A stretch of 59,819 bases of DNA from a virus (IMGVR_UViG_3300044580_000450:1-59819); one strand, 5' to 3'; shown: positions 30,886 through 39,388, counted from the stretch's first letter. The notes: a model not told the origin generated them from the letters alone. A program made the numbers and translations.

Positions 30886-31103
30886 TGGTGCTTTCTGTTA
30901 TGCTTCCAAGTTTTGTACATTCTTATTTGATGGCCCCAAATCAACCTTGATTTTCTCCATCCCCTGCGTCCTCTTTTACGCTTCTGATAATAACCATATT
31001 CCTCTGGATATGGATCTTGATCAATGCATCTTAATATATGATACTCTCTACTATTTGTAGTAAAATTGAGTATCTGTGATTGTTTTGGCTTATGTTTTCT
31101 CAT
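30870..31103 (-). CDS. Small basic protein ending WK..RK.QW
   Basis: ORF; paralogue of the upstream ORF. Confidence 0.65.
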   Translation of the reverse strand: MRKHKPKQSQILNFTTNSREYHILRCIDQDPYPEEYGYYQKRKRGRRGWRKSRLIWGHQIRMYKTWKHNRKHQWKIE

Positions 31104-31279
31104 GGCATCCACTGTTTACGTTTTTTACTCTGGTATTTCCAGCAACGTGGTGCATGCCAACCTAATCTATTGCAACCTTTATGGGGGCTGCAAATTGGAC
31201 AATGTAAAAGTCTAAGTTTATCAAGACGAGTATATTTGAATACCCGACGATGAGTAGTGTACTTGTAATTGTTTCTCAT
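31100..31279 (-). CDS. Small basic Cys/His protein, 59 aa (not in the ORF track)
   Basis: Hand-translated: CPICSPHKGCNR..WKYQSKKRKQW; ATGA overlap with the next gene. Confidence 0.7.
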   Translation of the reverse strand: MRNNYKYTTHRRVFKYTRLDKLRLLHCPICSPHKGCNRLGWHAPRCWKYQSKKRKQWMP

Positions 31280-31347
31280 AATGGTCTTTATTTAAGGAAC
31301 TATTTTCCTCAAAGACCATCTAATATTAATTTTTTATTTTTCATATT

Positions 31348-31848
31348 TTAGAATACAACTTTTATTCCTAATACAATAGCCATGGCAATAAAAGCTAAAA
31401 TTTCTATCCACCAAGTTCTATTTTTACATATCGTTTTTCCTTTTATCTTTATAAATCTGGTTAAAACTAATGGTAAAGCAATTGCTGCAAAACCAACTGC
31501 TATTGGCCATAGATCAAAATCCAAAATAGTAGATAATTGACTAAATAAAATCCCAGATAATGCACCAATTATATGAACGGTTTCTGTCATCTTTTCTCGA
31601 TATGCAGCTGCGGCACCGACAAAAGCTATTCCGGCGCCGGCAAAAAACATCAAAGGGGTTGATCCAACTATCATTGCTGGAATTGCATATCCCCAGCACC
31701 ATAGTGTAAATAGAAATTTTTTATTATCCGGTAAAGAATAATAACTATGGGATATGGAAGGCAATACTCCATATTTAGCCCAAATAGCTCCAACATAAGT
31801 AAAAAATACTAGGAGCATTAAAATATAAAATGTCAAAACGTATGTCAT
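31348..31848 (-). CDS. Multi-TM membrane protein
   Basis: Hydrophobic; PSIS.SYY. Confidence 0.7.
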   Translation of the reverse strand: MTYVLTFYILMLLVFFTYVGAIWAKYGVLPSISHSYYSLPDNKKFLFTLWCWGYAIPAMIVGSTPLMFFAGAGIAFVGAAAAYREKMTETVHIIGALSGILFSQLSTILDFDLWPIAVGFAAIALPLVLTRFIKIKGKTICKNRTWWIEILAFIAMAIVLGIKVVF

Positions 31849-31865
31849 AAATGTTTCAGTTATTT

Positions 31866-32375
31866 TTATTCTTCATCTTCAGGTTCATATTCATCTTCAA
31901 ATTCTTCATCATAAGGATCTTCTTCCTCCGATGGAGATGTGTCTACCATTATATCTCCAATAAAGTTCCCATTTCCATCTGCTTCAACTCCACCAGTAAA
32001 TCCATTAATTCGAGGATAAAAATCATTATTAACATCAAATTCGGGATTAAGCTTTTGAACATCAGCAACTGTAATAATAGCTACCATTCCTGCATCCACC
32101 CCGGTACTTCCTTTATGAACACTGTTTCCAGAATGGTTAATTACATCATATTCCCCATCGCCAAATGCTGTGGCAGTATAAAGAATTTTAATGGTTGAAT
32201 CAATATAGATTGTTCCGGCATTAGCTGTTTCAGAACCCTGGTTTCCATTAGGATACCAAAATTTATTAATAATTTCTTGCCATATATCATCTGGGATAAA
32301 ATAGCATGGATCCGTGACAATAATGTCTCCTGAAAAACCTTGATAAGTTTCAGTTGTTACTTCAATCTTTCTCAT
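31866..32375 (-). CDS. Hypothetical protein with acidic tail
   Basis: DPCY, TAFGDGEY and GVDAG motifs. Confidence 0.65.
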   Translation of the reverse strand: MRKIEVTTETYQGFSGDIIVTDPCYFIPDDIWQEIINKFWYPNGNQGSETANAGTIYIDSTIKILYTATAFGDGEYDVINHSGNSVHKGSTGVDAGMVAIITVADVQKLNPEFDVNNDFYPRINGFTGGVEADGNGNFIGDIMVDTSPSEEEDPYDEEFEDEYEPEDEE

Positions 32376-32391
32376 AATAAATCGTTTATTT

Positions 32392-32604
32392 TTATTCTTT
32401 GCCAAAGAAATCATCTTGGCATTTTTGACAGAGGCCAGAGATTCTGGACTCCTTTCTGGAAAGTTCATCGCGAAAATCTTCATCGTTTACAGGCATGCTG
32501 CAGAAAGGGCAAAGACGAAATTCTGCCCGTGAAACTTCTTTTTCAAACCCTAATTGTCTTAGGAGATCTTTTTTCCGGGGATTGTCATAAATTGGTTCTG
32601 ACAT
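32392..32604 (-). CDS. Small zinc-finger phage protein
   Basis: CPFC, FRDELSRKE..ISGLCQKCQD.FF. Confidence 0.7.
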   Translation of the reverse strand: MSEPIYDNPRKKDLLRQLGFEKEVSRAEFRLCPFCSMPVNDEDFRDELSRKESRISGLCQKCQDDFFGKE

Positions 32605-32637
32605 GCTAGCGATGTTTATTTATATATTCGAAAAAAG

Positions 32638-32713
32638 TGCGCCCCCAGAAGGATTCGAACCCTCAACCATCTGATCCGAAGTCAGATGCTCTGTCCAATT
32701 GAGCTATGGAGGC
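32638..32713 (-). tRNA. tRNA-Arg(TCG)
   Basis: TCTGA-CTTCGGA-TCAGA. Confidence 0.92.
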
Positions 32714-32734
32714 ATACCCCTGCCTTACTTAAGG

Positions 32735-32937
32735 GCTTCGGAACCCGGGGATCAGGCTACTGTTAATTCGCATTTACATGTGGTGAAATGTCGCTTGCAA
32801 ACCCCTCGATTAATACGTAATCGAACGGAAAGTTTCGATATGGTCCAAACCTACAACAAACCTCTGCGATTACAAAGTGCAGTGCCGGTTATTCATCCTG
32901 ATAACTCAGATCCCTGATAACGGAGGGAAACCCGAAG
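32735..32937 (-). ncRNA. Unidentified ~200-nt structured RNA between tRNAs
   Basis: End-to-end pairing CTTCGG/CCGAAG and GGGATC/GATCCC; GC-richer than flanks; no credible ORF. Confidence 0.45.
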
Positions 32938-33012
32938 TGAGCGGGAGACGGGGCTCGAACCCGCAACCCTCAGCGTGGAAGGCTGATGCTCTACCAATTG
33001 AGCTACTCCCGC
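32938..33012 (-). tRNA. tRNA-Gly(TCC)
   Basis: TCAGC-CTTCCAC-GCTGA. Confidence 0.92.
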
Positions 33013-33362
33013 TTTTTAATTCTTATATACTTTAACCATGAATAAGTTTTTCTAGTTTTAAGATATTCTAAATTATCATCATTGTCATAAGCCTCTCTTT
33101 CGAAGGATAAAGATCGATACGCTTCAGATCCATTTACAAATATACGAATAATCCACTCAATTAAATACCACAAATAGAAAAAAATTATCAACATTTCTAA
33201 CTGCTGTTTCCAATGAATTTTTTCATGGTTTACAGTTCTTAAGTTAGAAATATATTTATCCTTAATATAAATTCCAAACGGGGCTAAAGTAATTCCAGCT
33301 ATTCCTCCTCCAGTAATAAAATTAAGAAATCCTTTTAATTTACGAACTTTTGGTTTACACAT
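33003..33362 (-). CDS. Hypothetical HExxH protein
   Basis: GITLAPFG, NHEKIH..QQ and FEREAY. Confidence 0.7.
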   Translation of the reverse strand: MCKPKVRKLKGFLNFITGGGIAGITLAPFGIYIKDKYISNLRTVNHEKIHWKQQLEMLIIFFYLWYLIEWIIRIFVNGSEAYRSLSFEREAYDNDDNLEYLKTRKTYSWLKYIRIKKRE

Positions 33363-33525
33363 AACGTTTTTATCTATTTATACAAAATAGATTAAAACAT
33401 TAAGTATTTTATCCGGATTATTAATTTTTTATACCAGGGAAGATCTTCCCATTCTTTTAGAAGCTTTTCGACCTCTTCAGCTTCAATAAGAATATATTTT
33501 TCTTCTTGTTCCATAATGAAAAATT

Positions 33526-33600
33526 TGAGCGGAAAACGGGGTTCGAACCCGCGACCTAAAGCTTGGGAAGCTTTCACTCTACCAACTGAGCTACTTCCGC
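33526..33600 (-). tRNA. tRNA-Gly(CCC)
   Basis: AAAGC-TTCCCAA-GCTTT. Confidence 0.92.
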
Positions 33601-33605
33601 TTATA

Positions 33606-33680
33606 GTGACTCCGTAGGGATTCGAACCCTAAACCTCCTGATCCGTAGTCAGGTGCTCTATCCAATTGAGCTACGGAGCC
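33606..33680 (-). tRNA. tRNA-Arg(ACG)
   Basis: CCTGA-CTACGGA-TCAGG. Confidence 0.93.
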
Positions 33681-33868
33681 TATTCTATTTCTTTTTCTAT
33701 TTCCTTTGCAATCGTTTGTTTTTCACTTCTTTTAAGGGATCTAAACGATCTTTTTATATCTTGCTTAAAACTTTTGCGATGCCGAGAATCCTCAAATCCT
33801 TGTTCCATAACCTCTTTTTTTAATTTTTTGAGGTCCTTTCTTTTCTGATCGTAGTTCTTAGCTTTCAT
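33680..33868 (-). CDS. Small basic protein
   Basis: ORF. Confidence 0.5.
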   Translation of the reverse strand: MKAKNYDQKRKDLKKLKKEVMEQGFEDSRHRKSFKQDIKRSFRSLKRSEKQTIAKEIEKEIE

Positions 33869-33877
33869 TGATTGACA

Positions 33878-34510
33878 TTATTCTATATTATTATTTTCGC
33901 CGTAAAGAGCTCTTACTTTTTGTATCCATTCATTAGTTTTAAGTTTTGTCATAAATACTTTATTATCTATAACTCCCTTAAAAACTAAACCTTCCTCTAA
34001 ACCAAAAGCATTTCTTTTAACAAGATCTATAATGTCCTCAGTTAATATCCCTTTATATATTACTCTGGGAATCCCTAAGTGACCAAACAAATCGATGAAA
34101 TCCCCAGGTTTTAAGAAATCTTTTTTATAGAGAAACATATCAAAAATTACTAAATCATGAGGTTCTTTCCAATCATGTTGTCCTGCAAAAGAATGTTCTC
34201 CAAAAAATTCTCCATAAACAGTTATGGTATCAATACCTCTGAAAATCTTTTCTTCATTGAAAATTTTATCAAGCTTTTCAGCATATTTGTTTTCAAAGAT
34301 CCCAATTGCTTCTTCAAAAGGATTATTAGCATTTTTAATCATCTGAGTTCTTGTCCCAAATTTGCCAAATCCATTAGTAAATCTAGATTTTTTTGAAAGC
34401 TTTTTATTCCACTCAGCACAAAAATTAGATCCATCAAATTTTCTAAATCCATAGACATGCTGTCCGATGTAATCCTCGACATTTTTTTCTATAGAATGAT
34501 AATGCTTCAT
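33878..34510 (-). CDS. RNA ligase-like nucleotidyltransferase (Rnl2-type)
   Basis: KFDGSN, FGTR, YGEFFG, FD, EGLVFK and KLKT. Confidence 0.8.
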   Translation of the reverse strand: MKHYHSIEKNVEDYIGQHVYGFRKFDGSNFCAEWNKKLSKKSRFTNGFGKFGTRTQMIKNANNPFEEAIGIFENKYAEKLDKIFNEEKIFRGIDTITVYGEFFGEHSFAGQHDWKEPHDLVIFDMFLYKKDFLKPGDFIDLFGHLGIPRVIYKGILTEDIIDLVKRNAFGLEEGLVFKGVIDNKVFMTKLKTNEWIQKVRALYGENNNIE

Positions 34511-34857
34511 TTATAATTTATAACTGCTAATGGTTTTCCTTTATCTTTTGCTAAATTTATGGAATGCTGAGTTCCTTTTGATTGACCATCCCAGAATGCA
34601 ATAACTGCGTCAGCTGATTCAATTATCTGAATATTTCTTTTATATCCGGCAGATTTACCAAACTGCTCCCAATCTGGGAGAAAAACAAGAAGCTCAATCC
34701 TATTTTCTCTCGCCCATCTTTCGGCTAAAGAATCCGCTCCGTAAGCTCCCCCAGATATAATAACAGATATTGGTCTCCTGCTATGAATAGTATCCAGTTT
34801 TAGTTTCAATAAATCATAATCATCGAAACCCCTTGAACCAACTACTGCTAATTTCAT
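34507..34857 (-). CDS. DUF2493/YspA-like SLOG protein
   Basis: VVGSR, ISGGA.GADSLA, AG..RN and FWDG.SKGT. Confidence 0.88.
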   Translation of the reverse strand: MKLAVVGSRGFDDYDLLKLKLDTIHSRRPISVIISGGAYGADSLAERWARENRIELLVFLPDWEQFGKSAGYKRNIQIIESADAVIAFWDGQSKGTQHSINLAKDKGKPLAVINYK

Positions 34858-35581
34858 TTGTTTTCTCTATTACGTCCAATATGATAACCATCACAATAAA
34901 TGCACTTATAAACACTGAAATGAACCTTTCGTTTTTTCTCCATTGCTTCAGCAGATTTTAGAGCAGTTTCTTTAGTGTTATACATCACCTTTGGATCCCC
35001 GCTATCCTGCCTGAAATGCGAATTCTTATGAAATAAACCCCATGCATTACCAGTAATGAAGAAATTTCTAAAAGCCCTTTTGAAAGGACCCTGATCCATT
35101 ATTCCTAATATGAGGTTTTTAAGTTTCATTTTATTTGTATAAAGGTTCCGTCTTCCATTCCCTTTCTAATCCATCTCATCAAAGTAATTGCTTTGAATTT
35201 TGGCCAAAGATAAGTTACATTCCACTCTTCATCCATTGAATTTATTTCCAGCTGATATGTCGAATCCTCCACGTCTATTGTATAATAGACTTTTCCTGCA
35301 CATACATACGACAATATAGCTTCTGTATTTGAAACTATTTTTTTAAGTGAATGTTTTATTTTCATCTTTCCAATCTCCAAATTAATATTCTTAACCAATC
35401 TACCTTTCTTAGAGTAATTAAATTATCAAGTTTTATATACCTTTGATATTTTTTAATTTGTTTCTCTGTAAAAGGCCTTTTCCTTTGTACATAAAATTCC
35501 TTAAATAGCTTCCGGTGAAAATAATTATAATGAATAAATCTCCACCAAGCTGTTTTTCTGTATAGAAATTTTATTTTCATT
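34854..35581 (-). CDS. Three small hypothetical ORFs (34854-35129, 35126-35365, 35362-35580)
   Basis: ATGA-overlapped ORFs. Confidence 0.55.
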
Positions 35582-35592
35582 GTATTTTGTTT

Positions 35593-35666
35593 TGTAGCCG
35601 GAACGGGAATCGAACCCATATCTAAGGTTTAGGAAACCCCAATTCTATCCATTGAACTATCTGGCC
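35593..35666 (-). tRNA. tRNA-Arg(CCT)
   Basis: Loop TTCCTAA. Confidence 0.88.
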
Positions 35667-35690
35667 AATTAAAGTGGCCAATCTGGCCAC

Positions 35691-35912
35691 TTACCAAGAT
35701 GTTATTTCATATTCATGATGCTGACCACATTCGGGGCAGGTATAATCGAATCCAATATGTCCATGAGACCCGCAAAGATCGCAAGGAGAATCGGAATGAG
35801 AAAAATTATGCTTGCCGATTTCAATCATAACCTCTTTACCTGTAACAGGGCAGATAACTTTTGCGTAAATGCCTTCTACTTTGTGTTCTACTTTTGCAAC
35901 TTTTTTTGCCAT
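35691..35912 (-). CDS. Small zinc-ribbon protein
   Basis: CPVT, CDLC and CPEC. Confidence 0.6.
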   Translation of the reverse strand: MAKKVAKVEHKVEGIYAKVICPVTGKEVMIEIGKHNFSHSDSPCDLCGSHGHIGFDYTCPECGQHHEYEITSW

Positions 35913-35923
35913 GATATTTTGTT

Positions 35924-36448
35924 TTATGCTACTTTACGGCTTTTTAATTGAAACCAATTCGGATCTGATGGGCGTTCTTTTTTCTTTTTTTCCTTTTTTC
36001 CAGAAAATTCTACCCAAGTCATTCCTTTCATAAAAAGATCGTAAGGGATTGATTTTTTCTTGCAATTACAATCATAACAACTTACTAAATAATTGGAAGT
36101 GTCCAATATATCAATTCCTTCGGATCTGGGAATTTTATGATCAACAGTAACGCAAGGATGTAAATTCTGAGTTTTCTTATTTCTTTCAGGCATTTTGTGA
36201 ATATGTTTTCCACAATAATGACAAACCCAAAATTTATCCCCATTAACCTCTATCCTGTTTTTTCTTAACCAAAGGCGTCGAACTATAAAATAATATCTCC
36301 AATCTGTTTGATATTCTTCAGGATCATCTAAATGTTTATAATAATCTTTTAAAAGAATAGCTGAAGCATAAGAAGGAGTAGAGGGATCTGAGAAAATTTT
36401 ATGAATTTCCTTGGTATTTCTGGATAACTGGAATTTTATTGTTTCCAT
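35924..36448 (-). CDS. HNH endonuclease
   Basis: CHYCG, TVDHKIP, N...SC..CN..K. Confidence 0.85.
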   Translation of the reverse strand: METIKFQLSRNTKEIHKIFSDPSTPSYASAILLKDYYKHLDDPEEYQTDWRYYFIVRRLWLRKNRIEVNGDKFWVCHYCGKHIHKMPERNKKTQNLHPCVTVDHKIPRSEGIDILDTSNYLVSCYDCNCKKKSIPYDLFMKGMTWVEFSGKKEKKKKERPSDPNWFQLKSRKVA

Positions 36449-36450
36449 GA

Positions 36451-36915
36451 TCAGATTTTTTGAGCCTGTAACAATCTATTCCTTAAATCCTGCAATTGTT
36501 TTTCCGTATATTTTTCTGGAATAATAAATTCCTCCGCTTTATGAGATAAGATGGTAACCCCATCTTTTTTAAGAGACCAGGTTAAATACCAATTATGATA
36601 AATGGATTTCTTTTTATCTTTTTTCTTCAAAATAGGAACTAGAAATGTTTCCCCCTTTTCGTCTTTTTGAATTTCCACCCCCGTTATAAAGCATTGGGCT
36701 TCTTGTTTAACAGCAAAACAAGATATTCGGTCATCCCTATATTCTTCAATGCAAAGAGTAACTTCATCTCCAATAGAAAGACCTAATTCTTTTTCAAGAA
36801 TTTGGGATTTTAAGGATTGATAATGATATTCCAGATTTTCTTTATCCCTTTTGAATTTTTCTTCTAAAGATTTGATTTCTTCAGAAATAGATTTAATTTT
36901 ATTCAGAATTTCCAT
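36451..36915 (-). CDS. Hypothetical protein (start moved to MEILNK)
   Basis: Promoter box at 36938-36945 lies inside the track's longer start. Confidence 0.6.
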   Translation of the reverse strand: MEILNKIKSISEEIKSLEEKFKRDKENLEYHYQSLKSQILEKELGLSIGDEVTLCIEEYRDDRISCFAVKQEAQCFITGVEIQKDEKGETFLVPILKKKDKKKSIYHNWYLTWSLKKDGVTILSHKAEEFIIPEKYTEKQLQDLRNRLLQAQKI

Positions 36916-37031
36916 TTCTCTCTTTTTAATTACAGAGTAAATGTACAAATAATTTCCCAAATAAAAAAATTTCCGGAGTTAAAACTTAACCGTTTGAATG
37001 ATTTTCCTTCATTATAAACTTGATTATAATT

Positions 37032-37106
37032 TGTAGCCCCACCGGGAATCGAACCCAGATCTAAGGTTTAGAAGACCTTTGTTACTATCCATTGAACTAT
37101 GAGGCC
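37032..37106 (-). tRNA. tRNA-Arg(TCT)
   Basis: AAGGT-CTTCTAA-ACCTT. Confidence 0.9.
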
Positions 37107-37113
37107 ATGGATT

Positions 37114-37191
37114 TGTGGGAGATGGGGGAGTCGAACCCTCGACCTCTTGCTTGTAAGGCAAGCGCTACTGAACCAACTGAGCTAATCTCCC
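37114..37191 (-). tRNA. tRNA-Val(TAC)
   Basis: CTTGC-CTTACAA-GCAAG. Confidence 0.92.
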
Positions 37192-37322
37192 AATCACGAG
37201 GCCAGGTTTTATTTTCACCTGGAATCTTCTTCTTCAGCTGGGGCATCCGAAGTCGACCGTCATAAACCGGAAAAATTAATTGCCCCAGCAACCAATTCTA
37301 CCTTTTATGATCCACTCTCAAT

Positions 37323-37397
37323 TGAGCGGAAGACGGGGCTCGAACCCGCGGCCTCGACCTTGGCAAGGTCGCGCTCTACCAACTGAGCTACTTCCGC
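37323..37397 (-). tRNA. tRNA-Gly(GCC)
   Basis: CGACC-TTGCCAA-GGTCG. Confidence 0.94.
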
Positions 37398-37400
37398 ATT

Positions 37401-37475
37401 TGTGACCCCGGTGAGACTCGAACTCACGACTCCAACATTAAAAGTGTTGTACTCTACCAACTGAGTTACGAGGTC
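37401..37475 (-). tRNA. tRNA-Lys(TTT)
   Basis: CAACA-CTTTTAA-TGTTG. Confidence 0.92.
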
Positions 37476-37476
37476 T

Positions 37477-37607
37477 TGGTGGCGAGAGCAGGAGTTGAAC
37501 CTACGATCTTCAAGTTATGAGCTTGACGTTTTATCCGATGTATCTCTTCATGTTACTACACCTAAATGAGAAAATTTAAAGAGCATTTTTTTCTAAACTT
37601 TCTCGCC
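37477..37607 (-). tRNA. tRNA-Met(CAT) with a ~55-nt D-loop insertion carrying the repeated RNA module; CCA encoded
   Basis: Acceptor GGCGAGA/TCTCGCC-ACCA; TCAAG-CTCATAA-CTTGA; T-arm intact. Confidence 0.75.
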
Positions 37608-37610
37608 ATT

Positions 37611-37684
37611 TGTAGCGGGAGAGGGATTCGAACCCCCGACCTAAAGGTTATGAGCCTTTCGAGCTGCCTCTGCTCCACCCCGCA
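37611..37684 (-). tRNA. tRNA-Met(CAT), initiator-like 1:72 mismatch
   Basis: TGCGGGGTGGAGCAG start; loop CTCATAA. Confidence 0.85.
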
Positions 37685-37695
37685 ATATTATTATA

Positions 37696-37780
37696 TGTAC
37701 CGTCGGCAGGATTCGAACCTGCGAGACATAAATGCCAAGGGATATGAGCCCTCTCCGATTGTCCACTCTGGCACGACGGT
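37696..37780 (-). tRNA. tRNA with CAT anticodon on a class II (Leu-like) body
   Basis: GAGGG-CTCATAT-CCCTT; long variable arm; A73. Confidence 0.75.
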
Positions 37781-37784
37781 ATTA

Positions 37785-37906
37785 GTAGCGGAAATGGGAG
37801 TCGAACCCAATATCAATAGGTTATGAGCCTATTATGATTCGGTAAACCCGGACAGAAGCATCTATATCTTCCACCCATTGTTACCGCTCCGTTTCACTCT
37901 TCCGCG
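37785..37906 (-). tRNA. tRNA-Met(CAT), initiator-like, with a ~45-nt hairpin in the D-loop
   Basis: ATAGG-CTCATAA-CCTAT; insert CGGTAA..TTACCG. Confidence 0.7.
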
Positions 37907-37910
37907 ATTT

Positions 37911-37986
37911 GTTGCGATAGATGGACTCGAACCATCGACCTCTCCCTTTCGGCGAGAGCGCTCTTTTGCCTCTGAGCTATATCGCA
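37911..37986 (-). tRNA. tRNA-like RNA with an aberrant anticodon loop (GCCGAAAGG), Phe-like or decoy
   Basis: Normal acceptor, D and T arms; no U33. Confidence 0.65.
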
Positions 37987-38045
37987 AACACCATTTTTAT
38001 GTTCGAACTTTATTATGGTGTTAGATCACACCTTCCAGTGTAATT

Positions 38046-38122
38046 TGTGGAAGCGAAGGAAATCGAATCCTCCTCACGTGGATTGCAAGTCGACGTCGCC
38101 AAGCCTTGGTACATGCGCCCCC
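38046..38122 (-). tRNA. tRNA-Ala(TGC), divergent
   Basis: Loop CTTGCAA; G3-U70. Confidence 0.75.
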
Positions 38123-38177
38123 ATTTGAAGTTCGGCTTTTTACAGAGACCGGGATTTCGCCACAAACTGATAAATTA

Positions 38178-38314
38178 AATTGAGAAAATTAACTTGAGTG
38201 TTTTTTCTGTGCAACCGTTACACTTACCCCCTAAGGAAATTTGGCAGGGGGTCCAGGAATTGAACCTGGTCTAGTCGAATGGAAGTCGAAGTAACTCGCT
38301 GTTTCACTACAATT
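38178..38314 (-). ncRNA. Module RNA a: clamp enclosing a circularly permuted Trp-like tRNA domain
   Basis: T-arm and ACCCCCTGCCA come before GGGGGT and the D-arm. Confidence 0.75.
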
Positions 38315-38391
38315 TGTGCCCTCTGTAGAATTCGAATCTACGACCTCTTCCATGTCACGGAAGCGCTCTCGGCCATCTGAGCTAAAAGGGC
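38315..38391 (-). tRNA. tRNA-Val(GAC)
   Basis: CTTCC-GTGACAT-GGAAG. Confidence 0.88.
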
Positions 38392-38481
38392 AAATGGGTA
38401 AGTGGACAAACCTTAGGAATCTGCAGAGGTAGCAGGGTCATATATGTCCTTTAGACTCGAAAAGGAAACTTACCCAGGAAG

Positions 38482-38556
38482 TGCGGGGAGTGAGGGGATC
38501 GAACCCACGACCTGCGGATTAACAGTCCGTCGCTCTACCTACTGAGCTAACTCCCC
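38482..38556 (-). tRNA. tRNA-Asn(GTT)
   Basis: Loop CTGTTAA. Confidence 0.9.
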
Positions 38557-38685
38557 ATTAAAATACTAAATTTCCTATCTGCCAGAATAAACGTGTACTC
38601 ATTTTATTCTGGTCTTACACCACACCTCATAATCACGTTTAGTACAGTAAGCCCGATTATAAGAGGCTCGGTTAATTTAGTATTT

Positions 38686-38773
38686 TGCGTTCCGGGTAGG
38701 ATTCGAACCCACGGTGGCATTTCTGCGTCTGGTTAACGGCCAGGACCTTTCGACCATCTAAGGCAACCGGAAC
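38686..38773 (-). tRNA. tRNA-Asn(GTT) with long variable arm and C33
   Basis: Loop CCGTTAA; variable hairpin GCA-GAAA-TGC. Confidence 0.72.
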
Positions 38774-38775
38774 AT

Positions 38776-38879
38776 AATCTGAGAAAGGATGAAAAGAGTT
38801 TAATCAAAAGCGACTTTTGGAGCTCTCGACAGGAATCGAACCTGCATTAACCGAAGTAGCTCTTTTCTTACTACAGATT
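38776..38879 (-). ncRNA. Module RNA b: clamp enclosing a T-arm and acceptor remnant
   Basis: GTAGTAAG..GAGCTACTTCG, GCAGGTTCGATTCCTGT, CTCTTTTC..TTTCTC. Confidence 0.7.
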
Positions 38880-38953
38880 GCGGTGTGTACGGGAATCGAA
38901 CCCGTGAGCTCCTGAGTGACAGTCAGGAATGATAACCACTTCACTAACACACC
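38879..38953 (-). tRNA. tRNA-Asp(GTC)
   Basis: CCTGA-CTGTCAC-TCAGG. Confidence 0.9.
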
Positions 38954-39048
38954 AAATTTAATCTATCCCCGTTACTGGCATAACGGCTTCCCAGTGCCAG
39001 CTGAGAGAAACGGTCCTGGCATATCCGCCGGTGTCCGCTCTTGGATTA

Positions 39049-39123
39049 GTTCCCCCCACGGGACTCGAACCCGTAACCCCCTGATTAAGAGTCAGGTACT
39101 CTGCACAATTGAGCTACGGAGGA
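39049..39123 (-). tRNA. tRNA-Lys(CTT)
   Basis: CCTGA-CTCTTAA-TCAGG. Confidence 0.9.
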
Positions 39124-39168
39124 ATAAAAGATGATTTTTTGGTTAACGGAGGAAATCAACAAAACCAC

Positions 39169-39245
39169 TGGTGGACCGTAAGGGAGTCGAACCCTTGGCC
39201 TCCTGCTTGCAAGGCAGGCGCTCTAGCCATCTGAGCTAACAGCCC
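39169..39245 (-). tRNA. tRNA-Ala(TGC), CCA encoded
   Basis: CCTGC-CTTGCAA-GCAGG; G3-U70. Confidence 0.94.
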
Positions 39246-39310
39246 ATATACTTGACTCCATGCCATTTCATGGGTATTAAAACCGCCAAATTTGGGGGTA
39301 TGTCAAGCAT

Positions 39311-39385
39311 TGCAGGGGCACCAGGACTCGAACCCGGAGTCAGCGGTTTTGGAGACCGTTATGTTACCAATTACACCATACCCCT
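39311..39385 (-). tRNA. tRNA-Trp(CCA)
   Basis: Loop CTCCAAA. Confidence 0.9.
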
Positions 39386-39388
39386 ATT

